A DNA stretch of 64,000 bases from an uncultured Planctomycetaceae bacterium (GTDB lineage Bacteria > Planctomycetota > Planctomycetia > Planctomycetales > Planctomycetaceae), in NCBI GenBank assembly GCA_963815195.1, contig CAWFGE010000015.1:96001-160000 (forward strand), read 5' to 3'. Position 1 is the stretch's first letter. Each line of letters opens with the position of its first letter. Made by a program: the position numbers and the translations under genes. Shown here piece by piece: positions 63,101 through 64,000 of this stretch. Under the pieces are notes generated by a model. That model was not told where the DNA came from. It made no database searches and was given only the letters and a program-made list of their open reading frames with translations.

Positions 63101-64000
63101 GTCGCTGCACTATTATGGCGTCGTGCTCTATGCCGCCTCGCGGTACGGCGAATGTATCGAGCGCTGCCGGGATTCGATGCGCCTTTTGGAGCGGATGGGC
63201 GACTATTGGCAGGTGCATATTGCGCGTTACCAAATTGCGGTCTCCTACTATCGGCTGGGCGATTTTGCGATGGCGATCGAGGAATGCCAGCGAAATCATC
63301 AGTCGGGACTCAACCTGGGCGACGAGCAAGCCTCGGGCATCATTCTGGATGTCTGGCGCGGGCCGGCTTGGGGAAGGTTCCTGAAGACCTGATTCAAACC
63401 GAATTGAACCGGGACCGCAGCGATGCGCAAGGGCAGGCTCAAGTGCTGTTTGCTTCCGGAGTGTTTGAACTTTATCGAGGCGATGCCGAACAAGCCTCGC
63501 GGCAATTCGACAAGGCGATCCAGATTGTGCGCCGCGCGGGGATCTGCAATAGCTATACCGTGCCTCTTTTGGCCTGGGCGGTGACAGCCTATCGCCAGCA
63601 GGCGGAACGGCTTTCCGACTATACGCCGAACCGCAGGAAGCGTTTGATTCAACTGGCCGATCGAGCCGCCGGACGGGCTCGCCGCGGGACTTGGATCTTC
63701 AAGAACGACCTGCCCCACGTGTTGCGGGAGCAGGCTTTGATCAAGAGTCTGCAGGGACAGAAGCGTCTCGCCAGAAAACTGTTTTTGAAAAGCCTGCAGA
63801 CGGCGCGGCGTCAAAAGAGCCGCTACGAATACATCCTCACGTTAGACGCCTATACCAAAGTCGGCGAAGAGCTGGGCTGGAAAGTTCACGATCATCATAA
63901 GGAAGAGGCCCAGGCGGTTCTCGCGGAGTTTCAAATCCACACCGACGTCGGAAACTCCTCGGAGCACGTGGATGTGCAGACGCCGAGCTTGTCGCTGATC
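60124..64000 (+). CDS. Large Ser/Thr kinase-like - AAA ATPase - TPR sensor protein; frameshifts near 61320, 62190, 63360; runs off window
   Basis: IIHRAVRPTN (degenerate catalytic loop), YYAPEQ, DLYSAG; FVSRDTEL, GESGGGKS, ILDDCQWAD, FVHDKIR, ELAYHF, TPR-like helices. Confidence 0.8.

Overview
High-GC bacterial DNA with planctomycete hallmarks (PVC-type heme-binding CxxCH protein, DUF1549/DUF1553 protein, ECF sigma-Ser/Thr kinase pairs, planctomycete-type palindromic repeats). Bases 1-23.1 kb are mostly housekeeping genes (ferredoxin, Gfo/Idh/MocA, sugar isomerase, D-TA-family PLP enzyme, KaiC-like ATPase, holB, ruvA, ROK kinase) plus an atypical CAU tRNA overlapping a gene end. From about 23.2 kb to the end is a mosaic accessory island: a group II intron 5' remnant inserted at a REP end, an integrase pseudogene, a tRNA-Ala att remnant, a Replic_Relax gene and a truncated coupling protein, many signalling genes, an IS21 chimera, an orphan CRISPR array, a TIR-ATPase/FHA-GAF-PP2C operon, an inverted IS3 pair, a PhcB-like methyltransferase and a large kinase-ATPase-TPR gene. 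The best find is a 2478-bp large-serine-recombinase element inserted in the Walker A lysine codon (AAG) of istB. In-silico excision restores GTGKT and builds an in-frame accessory gene (MAES+RSDHHK...) whose start codon lies at the opposite end of the element. Many single-base frameshifts may be sequencing errors. Family calls come from motif recognition only; no searches were run.
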